From: a bacterium
Lineage (GTDB): Bacteria; Verrucomicrobiota; Kiritimatiellia; CAIVKH01
Length of the DNA: 56,751 nt
Reading direction: 5' to 3'
Assembly (NCBI GenBank): GCA_030432155.1
Contig: JAUIHQ010000001.1
Location: 1 to 56,751 of the forward strand
Positions 32,622 through 43,015 of this stretch are shown here, one piece after another. The notes under the pieces were generated by a model. It was not told the origin of the DNA and made no database searches. It saw only the letters and a list, made by a program, of their open reading frames with translations. The stretch's first letter is position 1; the number at the start of each line of letters is the position of its first letter. The position numbers were made by a program, and so were the translations under genes.

Positions 32622-35600
32622 ATGCGTGTTGCACCGACACTTTATCGAACCGCGATCCTGGGCCTGACCCTTTTGGGCCTGCGCCTTTTGCCCGCCGAAG
32701 CCGCGATTCAACCGGCCGGGGAGGTGACGTGGATGACCATGCACACTGCGGGGAATTTCTCCCCGTATTACATGTTCGACACATCGGAGGGAGGGCAGTT
32801 GGCGGTCTATCCCTACGCCGACGACGTCATCCGGGTCCGGTGGCACTGGATGGGCCTGTATGAGAAGGATGAGATTGCCATCGCGAAACCCATGGACCAG
32901 TGGCCGACCACGTCGTCCGCCATCGCCGACCTCGGTGACCGCTGGCGTATCGAAACCGGGCAGCTCAAGGTCGACATCATCAAGGGGCCCTCGCTGCGGG
33001 TCAACCTCCTGGATGCCGACGGAGTCCCGATGCTGGAGGATGACCGCGTGGAATACGACCCGGCCTATCACCCCATCCTCGATGCCTCCTACATCGGTCT
33101 ACGCTGGCACGGCGAGCTGCCCCACGGCTTCAAGGTGAAGAATGTGAAAAAGGCCCCGGCGGAGGAAGCTTACTTCGGTCTCGGAGAATATTCCGGCCCC
33201 CTGAACCGGCGCGGCTCCACGATCCAGATGTGGAACTCGGATGCCTTCAGTTGGCAGGAGAATCAGAGCCCGCTCTACATGTCCTTTCCTTTCTACTACG
33301 GCGTTCGCCCCGCGGCCGGGGATCAACCGGCAACTGCCTACGGACTGTTCTTCAACAATCCGTCACGTTCCGTGTTCCGCATGGGCACCGAGGCGGATGA
33401 CCAGGTCTCATTTGAAGGGGGTGACGGACAGATCGACTACGTCTTCTTCGGCGGCGGCCCGGACCACACCATGGCCGATGTCCTCGCCGACTACACGGAC
33501 CTCACGGGCCGGCCGGCCATGCTGCCGAAATGGGCCTTCGGATATCACATGTCGAAGTGGTCGTATGATGAACATGATGTCCGAAACGTCGTACAGCAAT
33601 TCCGGAACCACGACATCCCGCTCGATGCGATCTATCTTGATATCGACTACTTCGACCAGGATGCCGACGATCACTATGACGACGACCTGTTTCAACTGAC
33701 CTGGAATCACACGTTTCCGAATCCCGCCGGTATGACCGACGATTGCCGAGAAGCCGGCGTTCACGTCGTCGCCATGGTGGAGCCCTGGCTCGTTCCGAGC
33801 GATCCGAAATATACGGAAGCCGAGCAGCTTGGATACTTTGTCAAAGACAACCAGGGCAGCACCGTTCTTACCGACCTCTGGTTCGGTCCCGGCTCCTGGC
33901 TCGACTTCACCGAAGGCGGCACCCGAAGCTGGTGGCGCTCCCGGGTGGGATCGTTCATGCAGTCTTACGGCATTGACGGCATCTGGAACGATCTCAACGA
34001 AACCGCCGACGATGGCCAGATCCCGCTGAACGGTCTGTATAGCCTCGACGGCCGGTACGGACGTGACTCAATCAACTCGGCAAGATGGCACCAGAACGTG
34101 AAGAACACGCATGCGATCTACGAGACATCCACCTCCTACGCCGCCCTCCAGGATGCCCACCCGGAGAAACGTCCATTCGTGCTCAGCCGTGGTGGGTTCC
34201 CCGGCATTCAGCGATACGCCGCCGGCTGGAGCGGCGACAACATCGCCGACTTCCAGCACCTTCGGCACAACATCCGCGTAGGCACCAGCGTCATGATGTC
34301 GGGCCTCGTCAACTTCGGCCACGACATAGGCGGGTTTGTCCACAGCACCACGCCCGAGCTTCTGGCCCGGTGGCATGAGTGGGGCGCCCTGAATCCGTTC
34401 TTCCGGAATCACTATGGCAAATACGACGTTGCCAAGGAGCCGTACCTGTATGACGGCATCTACCGGAACGCGATGATCCGGAGCATCCGGCTGCGCTATG
34501 AGCTTATGCCCTACCTCTATACACTCGCGCACCAATCCACGGTCAACGGAACGCCGATGAATACTCCCACGGTGTTTCATTTCCCTGATGATGCGAACAC
34601 GTTCCGTGAGAATGACTATGATTTCATGATCGGCCCCGGTCTTCTCGCCGCCCCGGTCTATCAGCAGGGGTCGGATGTCCGTTGGATATATCTTCCCGAT
34701 GGCGCCGATTGGTACCGGTTCGACGACGACACCCGCCTGGCGGGCGGCGGCTATCACCTGGTGGATGCCCCCATCGGCCGCATCCCTCTGTTCGCCCGGA
34801 AGGGAAGCATCATCCCCATGGGCCCGGTGCTTTCCCACACCGGCGAACGAAATCCGGAGTATCTCGATATCCATGTCTGGCCGGATGACCATGCGGAATT
34901 CACACTGTATGAAGACGACGGAACATCGTGGGAATTCCTGAGCGGGGCGTATGCCTCCACCCGGTTGACCTGCGACCGAACAGCCGCAGGATACTCAATC
35001 CATAAACACGCTCGGAGCGGCACCTACGACCCGGGAGCACGATCGCTCCACTTCATTCTTCATGATGTTCACGCCTTTCCCGGCGACACCGTCACGGTCA
35101 ACGGCGCGGAGCTTCAGGATGATTCCGGCAATGCGTCTTCCTATCATGCATCTTCCGCCGGATGGATGATGGATCGAAAAACCGGACGGTTATGGATAAA
35201 GATCAATGATACACCCGACGAGATCGAACTATCCGTCACCCTCCATAGCAACCAAGACACGGATGCCGACGGCATGCCCGATGTCTGGGAAGCGGACACT
35301 CACCTCCGGCCCAATGACCCCACCGATGCCGGCGACGATCCCGATCACGACGGCGCTTCCAACCTTGACGAATACCGGCAGGAAACCGATCCCCACTCAC
35401 CTGACATCGGCCCCTATGCATCCGCGTATGATGCCATGACCGTGTCCGGCTCCTTCAATGGATGGCGGGCCGATCTCAAAAACATGCGCATGGTGGACGA
35501 TCACACCTGGGAAGCCCGGCTGGTACTTGATGGAAACGGACTTCGGTTCAAGTTCACCGGCAACGGAAACTGGGCGGATAACTGGGGCGACAACGAGGGT

Positions 35601-36398
35601 GATACCAAGTCCGCCCCGGCCCAGGGCACGGCGGAGCGGTTCGGCGGCGACATCACCTTCCCCGGAAATCTGTCCGGGCTCTATACGATTCGCTTCCATG
35701 CCGACACCGGGGCCTATTCGCTTGAAAAGACCATCCGTACGATTCAATGGATCGGCTATGCATCTCATTCACCGGCCGACGGGCAATGGGATGAGGGCGA
35801 GTCGCTGGGTGTCCGGGTTGAAACCTGGCCAAAAGGCACGGCTCAATCCGCGGGTATCGTGTACTCTGCCAATGATACCGACTGGTTTGCCCTGCCGATG
35901 TCGCCTGCCGGCACAAGCGGAAACAACGACGTATGGACCGCCGACCTCGGCACCTTTCCCGCCGGAAGCGTCGTTCAATATGCCCTGTTCGCCCGTGATG
36001 CCTTCGGTATCACGAAGTGGAACAGCAACGACGGGCAGAACTATCATGCGGCGGTAAACGGGGACCCGGCTCCGGCTCTGCTATGGATCGGGGATACCTT
36101 TCACTGGCCGGGCGACAACGAGCTTGATGCGGGGGACAGCCTCTGGATCAACATCGATGCCTATCCCCGGGATGCCGCGACGGACATGGAGGTCGTCTAT
36201 ACAGTCGATGGAACAACCTGGCAATCGGCGGCGATGCACGAAGGTTCGCCGAACGGACAGAACGATCACTGGTATGTGAATCTCGGATCGTTTCCATCCG
36301 GCACGGTCATCACCTTTGCCATTGTCGCCGGTGACGCATACGGAACGACCCGATGGGACAACAATGGCGGTACGGATTTCCGGGCCACGGTACGGTAA
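32622..36398 (+). CDS. secreted GH31 alpha-glucosidase with C-terminal TSP3 and carbohydrate-binding-like modules
   Basis: 1258 aa with signal MRVAPTLYRTAILGLTLLGLRLLPAEA. GH31 motifs GIDGIWNDLNE (nucleophile region) and RYAAGWSGDN. Asp loops: DTDADGMPDVWE and DPDHDGASNLDEY. A CBM48-like module reads VSGSFNGW...W...RFKFTGNGNW. Two terminal repeats contain WNSNDGQNY and WDNNGGTDF. Confidence 0.9.
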   Translation: MRVAPTLYRTAILGLTLLGLRLLPAEAAIQPAGEVTWMTMHTAGNFSPYYMFDTSEGGQLAVYPYADDVIRVRWHWMGLYEKDEIAIAKPMDQWPTTSSAIADLGDRWRIETGQLKVDIIKGPSLRVNLLDADGVPMLEDDRVEYDPAYHPILDASYIGLRWHGELPHGFKVKNVKKAPAEEAYFGLGEYSGPLNRRGSTIQMWNSDAFSWQENQSPLYMSFPFYYGVRPAAGDQPATAYGLFFNNPSRSVFRMGTEADDQVSFEGGDGQIDYVFFGGGPDHTMADVLADYTDLTGRPAMLPKWAFGYHMSKWSYDEHDVRNVVQQFRNHDIPLDAIYLDIDYFDQDADDHYDDDLFQLTWNHTFPNPAGMTDDCREAGVHVVAMVEPWLVPSDPKYTEAEQLGYFVKDNQGSTVLTDLWFGPGSWLDFTEGGTRSWWRSRVGSFMQSYGIDGIWNDLNETADDGQIPLNGLYSLDGRYGRDSINSARWHQNVKNTHAIYETSTSYAALQDAHPEKRPFVLSRGGFPGIQRYAAGWSGDNIADFQHLRHNIRVGTSVMMSGLVNFGHDIGGFVHSTTPELLARWHEWGALNPFFRNHYGKYDVAKEPYLYDGIYRNAMIRSIRLRYELMPYLYTLAHQSTVNGTPMNTPTVFHFPDDANTFRENDYDFMIGPGLLAAPVYQQGSDVRWIYLPDGADWYRFDDDTRLAGGGYHLVDAPIGRIPLFARKGSIIPMGPVLSHTGERNPEYLDIHVWPDDHAEFTLYEDDGTSWEFLSGAYASTRLTCDRTAAGYSIHKHARSGTYDPGARSLHFILHDVHAFPGDTVTVNGAELQDDSGNASSYHASSAGWMMDRKTGRLWIKINDTPDEIELSVTLHSNQDTDADGMPDVWEADTHLRPNDPTDAGDDPDHDGASNLDEYRQETDPHSPDIGPYASAYDAMTVSGSFNGWRADLKNMRMVDDHTWEARLVLDGNGLRFKFTGNGNWADNWGDNEGDTKSAPAQGTAERFGGDITFPGNLSGLYTIRFHADTGAYSLEKTIRTIQWIGYASHSPADGQWDEGESLGVRVETWPKGTAQSAGIVYSANDTDWFALPMSPAGTSGNNDVWTADLGTFPAGSVVQYALFARDAFGITKWNSNDGQNYHAAVNGDPAPALLWIGDTFHWPGDNELDAGDSLWINIDAYPRDAATDMEVVYTVDGTTWQSAAMHEGSPNGQNDHWYVNLGSFPSGTVITFAIVAGDAYGTTRWDNNGGTDFRATVR

Positions 36399-36425
36399 GC
36401 GAAGAGGAGAACGCGGGCTTGCGGT

Positions 36426-37493
36426 TTACGCGCTCTCGCGAACCACGATCCGGGGGTCGATGATGCGGATATCCCCAACATTGCGGTTGTGAATGATCTG
36501 CATCAGGGCCTCCACTTTTTCCTGCAGGCCCTGGTCGATCGTGGTCAGGCGGGGCCGTACAAACCGGCTCATCTGCAGGTTGTCATAGCCGACAACGGCA
36601 AGGTGCGCGGGAACGTTACGGCCTAGATTCTGCAACCCTTCAATCAATCCGGCGGCGAGAATGTCCGCGGGCACGACGACGCCGTCCGCGCCGCTGTTCG
36701 CGATCTCTTCCGCAGCCCGCAGTCCGTCGTCATACGAGGTTTGAAGCGGAAACAGGCGCGGCGGGTTCAGCCCTGCCATCTCACAGGCCTTTACCGCCCC
36801 CTCGTACCGCATCGCCATGACATCGTTTTTCCGGTTGGGATCGACATCACCGGCAAACACGATGTGTTTTTTCCCGATGTCGATCAGTCGTTCGGCGGCA
36901 AGATATCCGCCCTTTACTTCATTGGTGCGGACCAGCGAGTGCACACGGTTGTGGTCGAACGAGTCATACAGCACGCAGTGAACATCATTGCGCACAAGCG
37001 ATTCCGGGAAGGCGCGCTCCGGCACCCCGACAAGAACGGCCGACTCAACACCCCGCTCCAGCAGAAACTGGATGTATTCTTCCTCGGTCCCGCCATGCAC
37101 GCACAGGCCGTAGCCATATTTTCGGGCCTGCTGTTCAAACCGGAAAACGAATTCACCATAGAAAGGATTGATGTCGGAACCCTCGGTTCGCTTGCCCGCT
37201 TCAGGGACGATCACTGCAATCAATCGCGATTTCTTGCCGGTCAGCGCCGCGGCCGCGAGATTGCGCACATAACCAAGCTCACGAACGGCATCTCGCACCC
37301 GGTCGGCCGTGGCCGGTGATACTTCATTCGTCCGGCCATTGATCACATACGAAACCGTGGCCACCGAAACCTCGGCCACCGCGGCGACATCGGCGATGGT
37401 CGGCTTGCCCAGCCGGTCCTTGACCGTCCGGCGGGTACGCCTGCGGGTATTTGAGGATTTACGGCTGGATCGTTCTCGCGACATGTATTTCAA
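36426..37493 (-). CDS. LacI family transcriptional regulator
   Basis: HTH: PTIADVAAVAEVSVATVSYVINGR. This is followed by a periplasmic-binding-protein-like sugar-binding core. Confidence 0.9.
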   Translation of the reverse strand: MKYMSRERSSRKSSNTRRRTRRTVKDRLGKPTIADVAAVAEVSVATVSYVINGRTNEVSPATADRVRDAVRELGYVRNLAAAALTGKKSRLIAVIVPEAGKRTEGSDINPFYGEFVFRFEQQARKYGYGLCVHGGTEEEYIQFLLERGVESAVLVGVPERAFPESLVRNDVHCVLYDSFDHNRVHSLVRTNEVKGGYLAAERLIDIGKKHIVFAGDVDPNRKNDVMAMRYEGAVKACEMAGLNPPRLFPLQTSYDDGLRAAEEIANSGADGVVVPADILAAGLIEGLQNLGRNVPAHLAVVGYDNLQMSRFVRPRLTTIDQGLQEKVEALMQIIHNRNVGDIRIIDPRIVVRESA

Positions 37494-37522
37494 CGTTTAG
37501 GAATCAAACACAACACACTGGT

Positions 37523-37534
37523 TTAATCGATTAA
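37523..37534. promoter_or_regulatory. palindrome, candidate LacI-family operator
   Basis: TTAATCGATTAA is a perfect 12-nt palindrome with a central CG. It lies ~30 nt upstream of the LacI start (37493). Confidence 0.3.
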
Positions 37535-37575
37535 GCTTATCAAGCGCAATATGTGCGCGGACACAGTTCAAACAC

Positions 37576-37792
37576 GGGCAACCGGGAGGTTGCCCCTCCT
37601 GATGCCAGCTCCCCACACGTCCATCTTCGCCAATATCGTCCCTACCCTTTGGCGCGTGATTCGTGATGGAAGACGACCACCATGCCATGGCGTAGCAATG
37701 CGAAGCCAGGTCCGTTGGCCGCCGCGGGTTTATCAAAGGGCTCCCCACACATCCATCTTCGCCAATCCGGAGGGGCAACCTCCCGGTTGCCC
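37576..37792. repeat. paired intergenic repeat units (hairpin + 27-nt direct repeat)
   Basis: Hairpin GGGCAACC-GGGA-GGTTGCCC (37576-37595) and its loop-inverted twin GGGCAACC-TCCC-GGTTGCCC (37773-37792). Direct repeats gctccccacacRtccatcttcgccaat lie at 37608-37634 and 37740-37766. Confidence 0.6.
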
Positions 37793-37828
37793 TCGGTGTC
37801 GAAACCAATGACGCGGGACCAACAATCA

Positions 37829-37865
37829 CAACAAAGACGGCCCGGAGAAAAACCTCCGGGCCGTC
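37829..37865 (-). terminator. rho-independent terminator of lipoprotein gene
   Basis: 12-bp perfect stem GACGGCCCGGAG / CTCCGGGCCGTC (37836-37865), 6-nt loop. On the minus strand it is followed by TTTGTTGTG. Confidence 0.55.
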
Positions 37866-37898
37866 AACCATGGCTGGAATGCCATATGAAATTCGTAC

Positions 37899-38540
37899 TC
37901 AGTGCTGCATCGACTCGTCAGCTTCATCCATGGCGGCATCGGCTTCGTCGGCCGCTTCCTCGGCGGTATCCTCCACCTGCTCGACGGCTTCTTCCGAGGC
38001 ATCCATGGCTTCATCGGCCGCTTCTTCGACTGCGTCACCGGCTTCGTCCGCGGCATCCATGGCGGCATCCCCCGCCTCTTCCGCGGCTTCGGCGCCGGCA
38101 GCGGCGGCTTCTTCTCCCTGCCCCCTTATACCGGCCATTGCCTCCTCCGCTTTTGCTTTCATTGAACCGGCGGCCTCAGAGACAGCGGCAGCAGCTTCCT
38201 TGCCGGCCTTCTCAACTTTTTCTGCTCCGGCGGCGGTTGCTTCGGAAATCGATTTTGCGGCGGAATCCGCAGCCTCCTTGGCCTGGGCGGAAACTTCCGC
38301 CGCCTTTTCGGATGCGTCCTTCACCATCTGATCGGTCGATTCCTTGACCGCAGCGGCGGTTTCCGACGCCTTCTGGCCCACGGCATCCGCACCGTCCTTG
38401 ACCTTCTGTTTCATGGTCTCGGTCATGCTCGATGCCGAGGACTCGGTACCCTCTTCACCCGAGGTGGTGGAGGATGACTGCGAGCAGCCTGCGGCGACAC
38501 ATGCACACACGGAAAGAATCAACCAGTGCTTTCTCTTCAT
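37899..38540 (-). CDS. acidic Ala/Glu-rich lipoprotein (LEA/apolipoprotein-like repeats)
   Basis: MKRKHWLILSVCACVAAGCSQ has a lipobox. AAGGAG lies 9 nt upstream. The rest is low-complexity A/E/K/D helical repeats. Confidence 0.7.
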   Translation of the reverse strand: MKRKHWLILSVCACVAAGCSQSSSTTSGEEGTESSASSMTETMKQKVKDGADAVGQKASETAAAVKESTDQMVKDASEKAAEVSAQAKEAADSAAKSISEATAAGAEKVEKAGKEAAAAVSEAAGSMKAKAEEAMAGIRGQGEEAAAAGAEAAEEAGDAAMDAADEAGDAVEEAADEAMDASEEAVEQVEDTAEEAADEADAAMDEADESMQH

Positions 38541-38601
38541 TTACATATCTCCTTTTGTATGGTTCCTGCCGGATGTGTACCCGGACATCTGTATACAGCG
38601 G

Positions 38602-40347
38602 TTATTTCTCATTCCGAATCAAAAGCCAAGCGCATTGGTACGGCCCCAGGGTCAGCCGACGCTTGCCAAGATCCATCGTGGTGTCCGAAATCATATCTTC
38701 CACCCGACACGGGTCCACACCAAGGCCCACCCCGCGAAGCGGAACGTCCTGGACCGATTCCGTCACATTGTGGATCGCCAGCAATGTCTCGCCTCCATCC
38801 AGTGCGGTGCGGGTAAAGGCGAAAACAGCCGGTCCAAGATCCTGGGTCACCTGCGGCGCATCAGGATGAAACGCGGAGCAGGCCGAACGGCGTTTCAGCA
38901 GGGCCGTCAGGGCGTAGAACACCTTCGACGTATTCGTTTCACGATCGCCCAACGTGCGCTCCAGCTCCACTTCGTTCCACTTCATGCGGTTGATGCTTCG
39001 GGCCCGGCCGGTGGCCCGGACCCCGGCTTCATCATTGGGGGTCGCGGTCAAACTGTGAAAATACAACGCGGGAATGCCGCGCATACCGAGCAGGATGGTC
39101 TGGGAACAGAGGAAGCGCGCGCCATGCATGTCCACATCATCGGATTCCGGATCACGAAGGGCATCAAAGTAGGTGATGTTCAGCTCGTAGGGACTCTGGC
39201 TTCCGTCGGCATTTGTCTTCATCGAGACCTGGCCGCCCAACGCCCGGACCCGGTCGGCCAGTAGATTCAGTTCCTCCTCGGGCACCAGGCCCTGGAGCGG
39301 ACGTACACCGATGCCGTCATGCGACGCGGTGAAATTCAGAAACGTGCAGCCGGGCGGCGGGTCGTTCAGCGAGGATGCCCATGCCGTCAACGCATCGGCC
39401 CGGCCCTGGGTCAGGGCATGAAGCACAAGAGGCGGCAGGCTGAACTGATACACCATGTGCGCTTCGTCGCCGTCTCCGAAATAGCTGATGTTCTCATCAT
39501 GCGGAACATTGGTTTCGGTCAACACGATGGTTTCCGGCGCGACCATCTCCGCGATGTCCCGCAACAGCTTCACCACCTCATGGGTCTGCGGCAGGTGGAT
39601 GCAGGACGTTCCGATCATCTTCCAAAGATAGGCAATGGCATCGAGCCGGATGATGCGCATGCCCTTCGAGAGGTAAAACAGAAGGATGTCGAGAAAATCG
39701 AACAGAACATCGGCGTTGGAAAAATCGAGGTCCACCTGGTCGCGGCTGAACGTTGTCCAGACCATCGCACTTCCCCCCTGCTTGTTGACGGGCGACAGCA
39801 GGGGAAGCGCCCGGGGCCGCACTACGTTGGATAGGTCCTCCGATGGATCCACCTCGATGAAATAGTCCCGGAACGGAGCCACATCAAGGACGTACTGCTT
39901 GAACCACTCCGAGCTGCGGGAGCAGTGGTTGAGAACCAGGTCGAACATCAAATCAAAATGCTCGTGCAGGTCGGTGACATCCTTCCAGGTACCCAGCTCG
40001 GGATCGACCGCCCGGTAATCCACCACCGAAAATCCGTCATCCGATGTCCACGGAAAAAACGGCAGGATGTGTACCGTGCTGATCGCATCGCGAAGATGGA
40101 CGTCGCAGAAGCGCTTCAACGTGCGCAGAGGTGGCTCTCCCGCCCTGCGGACCATGTCGCCGTAGGTAATCAGCACCGCATCGGTTTCATCCCACCGCCG
40201 GTCGACCCGCTCGGAGCTCAGTCCCACGCCGTAGCGGCCGACCACCATCGACAGCCGCTCCATGTGAAGCTCCACATCGTCATCGGGATACAACCCTTGG
40301 AGGCGGGCCCGGATGCGGTTAACATATTCGCTGGCGAAATCCTTCAT
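38602..40347 (-). CDS. GH13_18 sugar phosphorylase (sucrose-phosphorylase family; glucosylglycerate-phosphorylase/YcjM-like size)
   Basis: 581 aa. GH13 regions: DLVLNHCS, IIRLDAIAYLWK, VLTETNVPHDEN, FTASHDGIG. Confidence 0.75.
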   Translation of the reverse strand: MKDFASEYVNRIRARLQGLYPDDDVELHMERLSMVVGRYGVGLSSERVDRRWDETDAVLITYGDMVRRAGEPPLRTLKRFCDVHLRDAISTVHILPFFPWTSDDGFSVVDYRAVDPELGTWKDVTDLHEHFDLMFDLVLNHCSRSSEWFKQYVLDVAPFRDYFIEVDPSEDLSNVVRPRALPLLSPVNKQGGSAMVWTTFSRDQVDLDFSNADVLFDFLDILLFYLSKGMRIIRLDAIAYLWKMIGTSCIHLPQTHEVVKLLRDIAEMVAPETIVLTETNVPHDENISYFGDGDEAHMVYQFSLPPLVLHALTQGRADALTAWASSLNDPPPGCTFLNFTASHDGIGVRPLQGLVPEEELNLLADRVRALGGQVSMKTNADGSQSPYELNITYFDALRDPESDDVDMHGARFLCSQTILLGMRGIPALYFHSLTATPNDEAGVRATGRARSINRMKWNEVELERTLGDRETNTSKVFYALTALLKRRSACSAFHPDAPQVTQDLGPAVFAFTRTALDGGETLLAIHNVTESVQDVPLRGVGLGVDPCRVEDMISDTTMDLGKRRLTLGPYQCAWLLIRNEK

Positions 40348-40349
40348 CC

Positions 40350-41615
40350 TTAGACCTCCGGCAAACCGGTAACATTGGTGATCAGGGTACGAAGCGAACG
40401 CCGCAGCACGCTGTAGCCGAAATAACGGATGGCGACGCGGTAGTTGTGTTCGGTCAGCAGCATCCGGTACTCCCGGTCGTTCACGATGCGGCGGACTTCA
40501 TCCACCACCTTGCGGGTGACGAAGCCGTCCATCAGGGGAATCTGAAATCCTTTCGGCTCGATATCCCGCCCGAACACGCTGTACCGGTTCACGAGTACCG
40601 GAACCCGGTAATAGATCGCTTCAAGCAGGGCATTGCCGAATCCTTCATAAAGGCTCGGATACGTAACGAAATCGGCGTGAGGATAAATATCACCGAGGGT
40701 ATAGACCTTGCGGCCCTCGTCATCGAGCTGCCGCGTTTCCCCGACCCGGGTGGCGATAAAGCGGAGATCGACCCTGGCCTCTCGTGCCAGCTCGCAAAGC
40801 ATGTTGCGGTATTCAAAACCCTCGTCGCCCGCCTCGTGGGAAATCACCAGCTTGTACTTCGGATCTCCCAGCATCTGTACAAGCTTGATCGCATGCTCGA
40901 TGCCCTTGCGCGGGACGATCCGGGTCGGCTGGAGGATGAAGACATCATCCGGTTCGAGCCCGATCTGCGCACGCACATCCGACGCATATTCATCCACCGG
41001 CGGCGGAGGGTTTTCAAAATCAAGCACATTCGGAATCAGCATCGCCGGCACGCCCTTCCGCAATGCCAGTTCCTCCTGGGCGGCTTCATTGATCACGACA
41101 TGCTGCAGCCTGACATGCCGCGGCGGAAATGCCATGTCGAGCAGGTCGGGGATCGCATTCACCGAGAACCGCGTGCGTTCCCAGTAAAAGTCATGATGAT
41201 GCGCAATGGCCGGCATGCCGGTCTCGGCGAGAAACTGGGTGATGGCCACCCCGAGCGGCACGTGCATCGGGATCGTGACCGCATTCTGCAGGCAGAGGAT
41301 ATCGATGCGGTGGTCCCGGGCAAACCGGTACAGTGTGCTCTTCAGGTACTCCGCGACATCCATGATGCGGCGGGTCACGAACGCGTCACGCTGGGTGCGG
41401 CCCCAGATCCGCTCATTGAGCCAGACATTCTCGGGGTGTCCGAAAAATGCTTCGGGCACACACATGATGTCTTCCGGCTCATGATCGATCAGGCCTGCGT
41501 ACCAGCTTGATCGATAATTCAACTGCTCCAGCACCTGGCTCCATTTAAGGGCCTCCAGCGAAACCCCATCCGTGCCGGCAAACCGCGTTGATATGAATCC
41601 TATACGTCCGCTCAT
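40350..41615 (-). CDS. GT-B (GT4-like) glycosyltransferase
   Basis: 421 aa. [21 protein letters not shown]..., and C-terminal [23 protein letters not shown] (E-x7-E-type GT4 motif). It lies 2 nt upstream of the phosphorylase. Confidence 0.75.
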   Translation of the reverse strand: MSGRIGFISTRFAGTDGVSLEALKWSQVLEQLNYRSSWYAGLIDHEPEDIMCVPEAFFGHPENVWLNERIWGRTQRDAFVTRRIMDVAEYLKSTLYRFARDHRIDILCLQNAVTIPMHVPLGVAITQFLAETGMPAIAHHHDFYWERTRFSVNAIPDLLDMAFPPRHVRLQHVVINEAAQEELALRKGVPAMLIPNVLDFENPPPPVDEYASDVRAQIGLEPDDVFILQPTRIVPRKGIEHAIKLVQMLGDPKYKLVISHEAGDEGFEYRNMLCELAREARVDLRFIATRVGETRQLDDEGRKVYTLGDIYPHADFVTYPSLYEGFGNALLEAIYYRVPVLVNRYSVFGRDIEPKGFQIPLMDGFVTRKVVDEVRRIVNDREYRMLLTEHNYRVAIRYFGYSVLRRSLRTLITNVTGLPEV

Positions 41616-41833
41616 GGGTAATGACTGTGCGTTCTTATGTTACAACATGATCCTTGCGAGCTTCGAACATCTACCCGGTCGACAAATGATACCATATGCG
41701 ATAGGGTATCCGGGTCAATGATTAGTACGGACAGGATTGATTTTGCCTATTCCCCGCGAATCACCCGTACGGCATGGCCCGCGGCGCATGAATCGCCTGC
41801 AACGATTGACTCCTGCAACATGAACGAACAGAT

Positions 41834-43015
41834 ATGACGGGAAACGAAGCACAGCATACATTCGACACCAGCGGACCGGTGAACCGGTTGCCGGAGTTCG
41901 TGCATGCCGCGAAAGACATGCGTGAAATGGCCATCGGGAATCTTGTGCTGGTCGGCGAAATTCCCGCACCGACGTTCCAGGAAAAAAGGCGGACGCAGGA
42001 GTTTGTCCATCGCCTGATCGACTGCGGGATCCAGGACTGTTCGGTGGACGAGGTCGGTAATGGCATCGGCATCATCCCCGGGGAATCCGGGGAACAGAAC
42101 ATTCTTCTCGCCGCGAACGCGGATTCGATTCACGGGATCGATATCGACCACGCGATCTCGGTCCAGCCCGATCACCTGATCGGGTGCGGCCTCAGCACCA
42201 GCCTCGGCGTGGGTACGCTGGCCACCCTCCCGATGATGATGGACAGCCTCGGGATCAAACTCCGGTCCAACCTGATCCTGCTCGCCACCGCCCGCAGTGC
42301 AGGGCGTGGCAACCTCGAGGGCATCCGCTATTTTCTCGCTAACAACAAGTACCCGGTATCCTACGGCATCTGCCTGAAGGGCTCGCCGCTCGGTCGCCTC
42401 AGCTATTCCTCCATCGGGATGGTGCGGGCCGACATTACCTGCCGCGTTCCCAGTGAATATGACTGGACCCGGTTCGGCGCCTCCGGCGCTGTGCTGACCA
42501 TGAACCAGATCATATCAAACATCTCAGCCATTCCCCTGCCTCGCAAACCGGTCACCAACATCGTGCTCGGTTCCATCGACGGAGGATCGACCTACGACCG
42601 GATCGCCCGGCAGGTGGTATTGAAATTCGAAATCCGCAGTGAGGATGCCGCGATGGTTCATTCCATCAGCGAGCAAATCGACGACATCGTGGCCGAAACC
42701 GCGGCGCAATCGGGGGCCGAGATCACACTCAATGTATTCGCGCACCGGGAACCCGGTGGCATTCAGATCGGCCATCCGCTGGTCCGCTGCTGCCGAACGA
42801 TCATGAATGCACTGCAGATCACGCCCCGCATCATGCCCAGCACGTCGGAACATTCGGCGCTCATCGATAACAAAATTCCCGCGGTCACCCTCGGCATCAG
42901 CACCAGCGAGAGTATTTCCGACGAACAGGACCAGCTCAAGATCAGCCCGATGTACAAGGGGCTGGCCCAGGTCCTGGCCGCCGTTCTTGCCGTGGATGGA
43001 GGTCTTTCGGCATGA
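41834..43015 (+). CDS. M20/M28-like peptidase-fold protein with apparently degenerate metal site
   Basis: 393 aa. The layout resembles ArgE/DapE-type M20 (EIPAPTFQEKRR...VDEVGNGIGIIPG...LLAANADSIH). The expected H-x-D reads N-A-D, and I see no DEE-type motif. It overlaps gpgS by ATGA. Confidence 0.5.
   Translation: MTGNEAQHTFDTSGPVNRLPEFVHAAKDMREMAIGNLVLVGEIPAPTFQEKRRTQEFVHRLIDCGIQDCSVDEVGNGIGIIPGESGEQNILLAANADSIHGIDIDHAISVQPDHLIGCGLSTSLGVGTLATLPMMMDSLGIKLRSNLILLATARSAGRGNLEGIRYFLANNKYPVSYGICLKGSPLGRLSYSSIGMVRADITCRVPSEYDWTRFGASGAVLTMNQIISNISAIPLPRKPVTNIVLGSIDGGSTYDRIARQVVLKFEIRSEDAAMVHSISEQIDDIVAETAAQSGAEITLNVFAHREPGGIQIGHPLVRCCRTIMNALQITPRIMPSTSEHSALIDNKIPAVTLGISTSESISDEQDQLKISPMYKGLAQVLAAVLAVDGGLSA

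Noticed and set aside
37682-38347. Plus-strand ORFs 37682..38347 (Pro/Arg/Leu-rich) and 37870..38331 (Ala/Ser-rich) as genes
   Set aside because: They are mirror frames of the minus-strand lipoprotein gene 37899..38540. That gene has an SD, a lipobox signal peptide and a downstream terminator.
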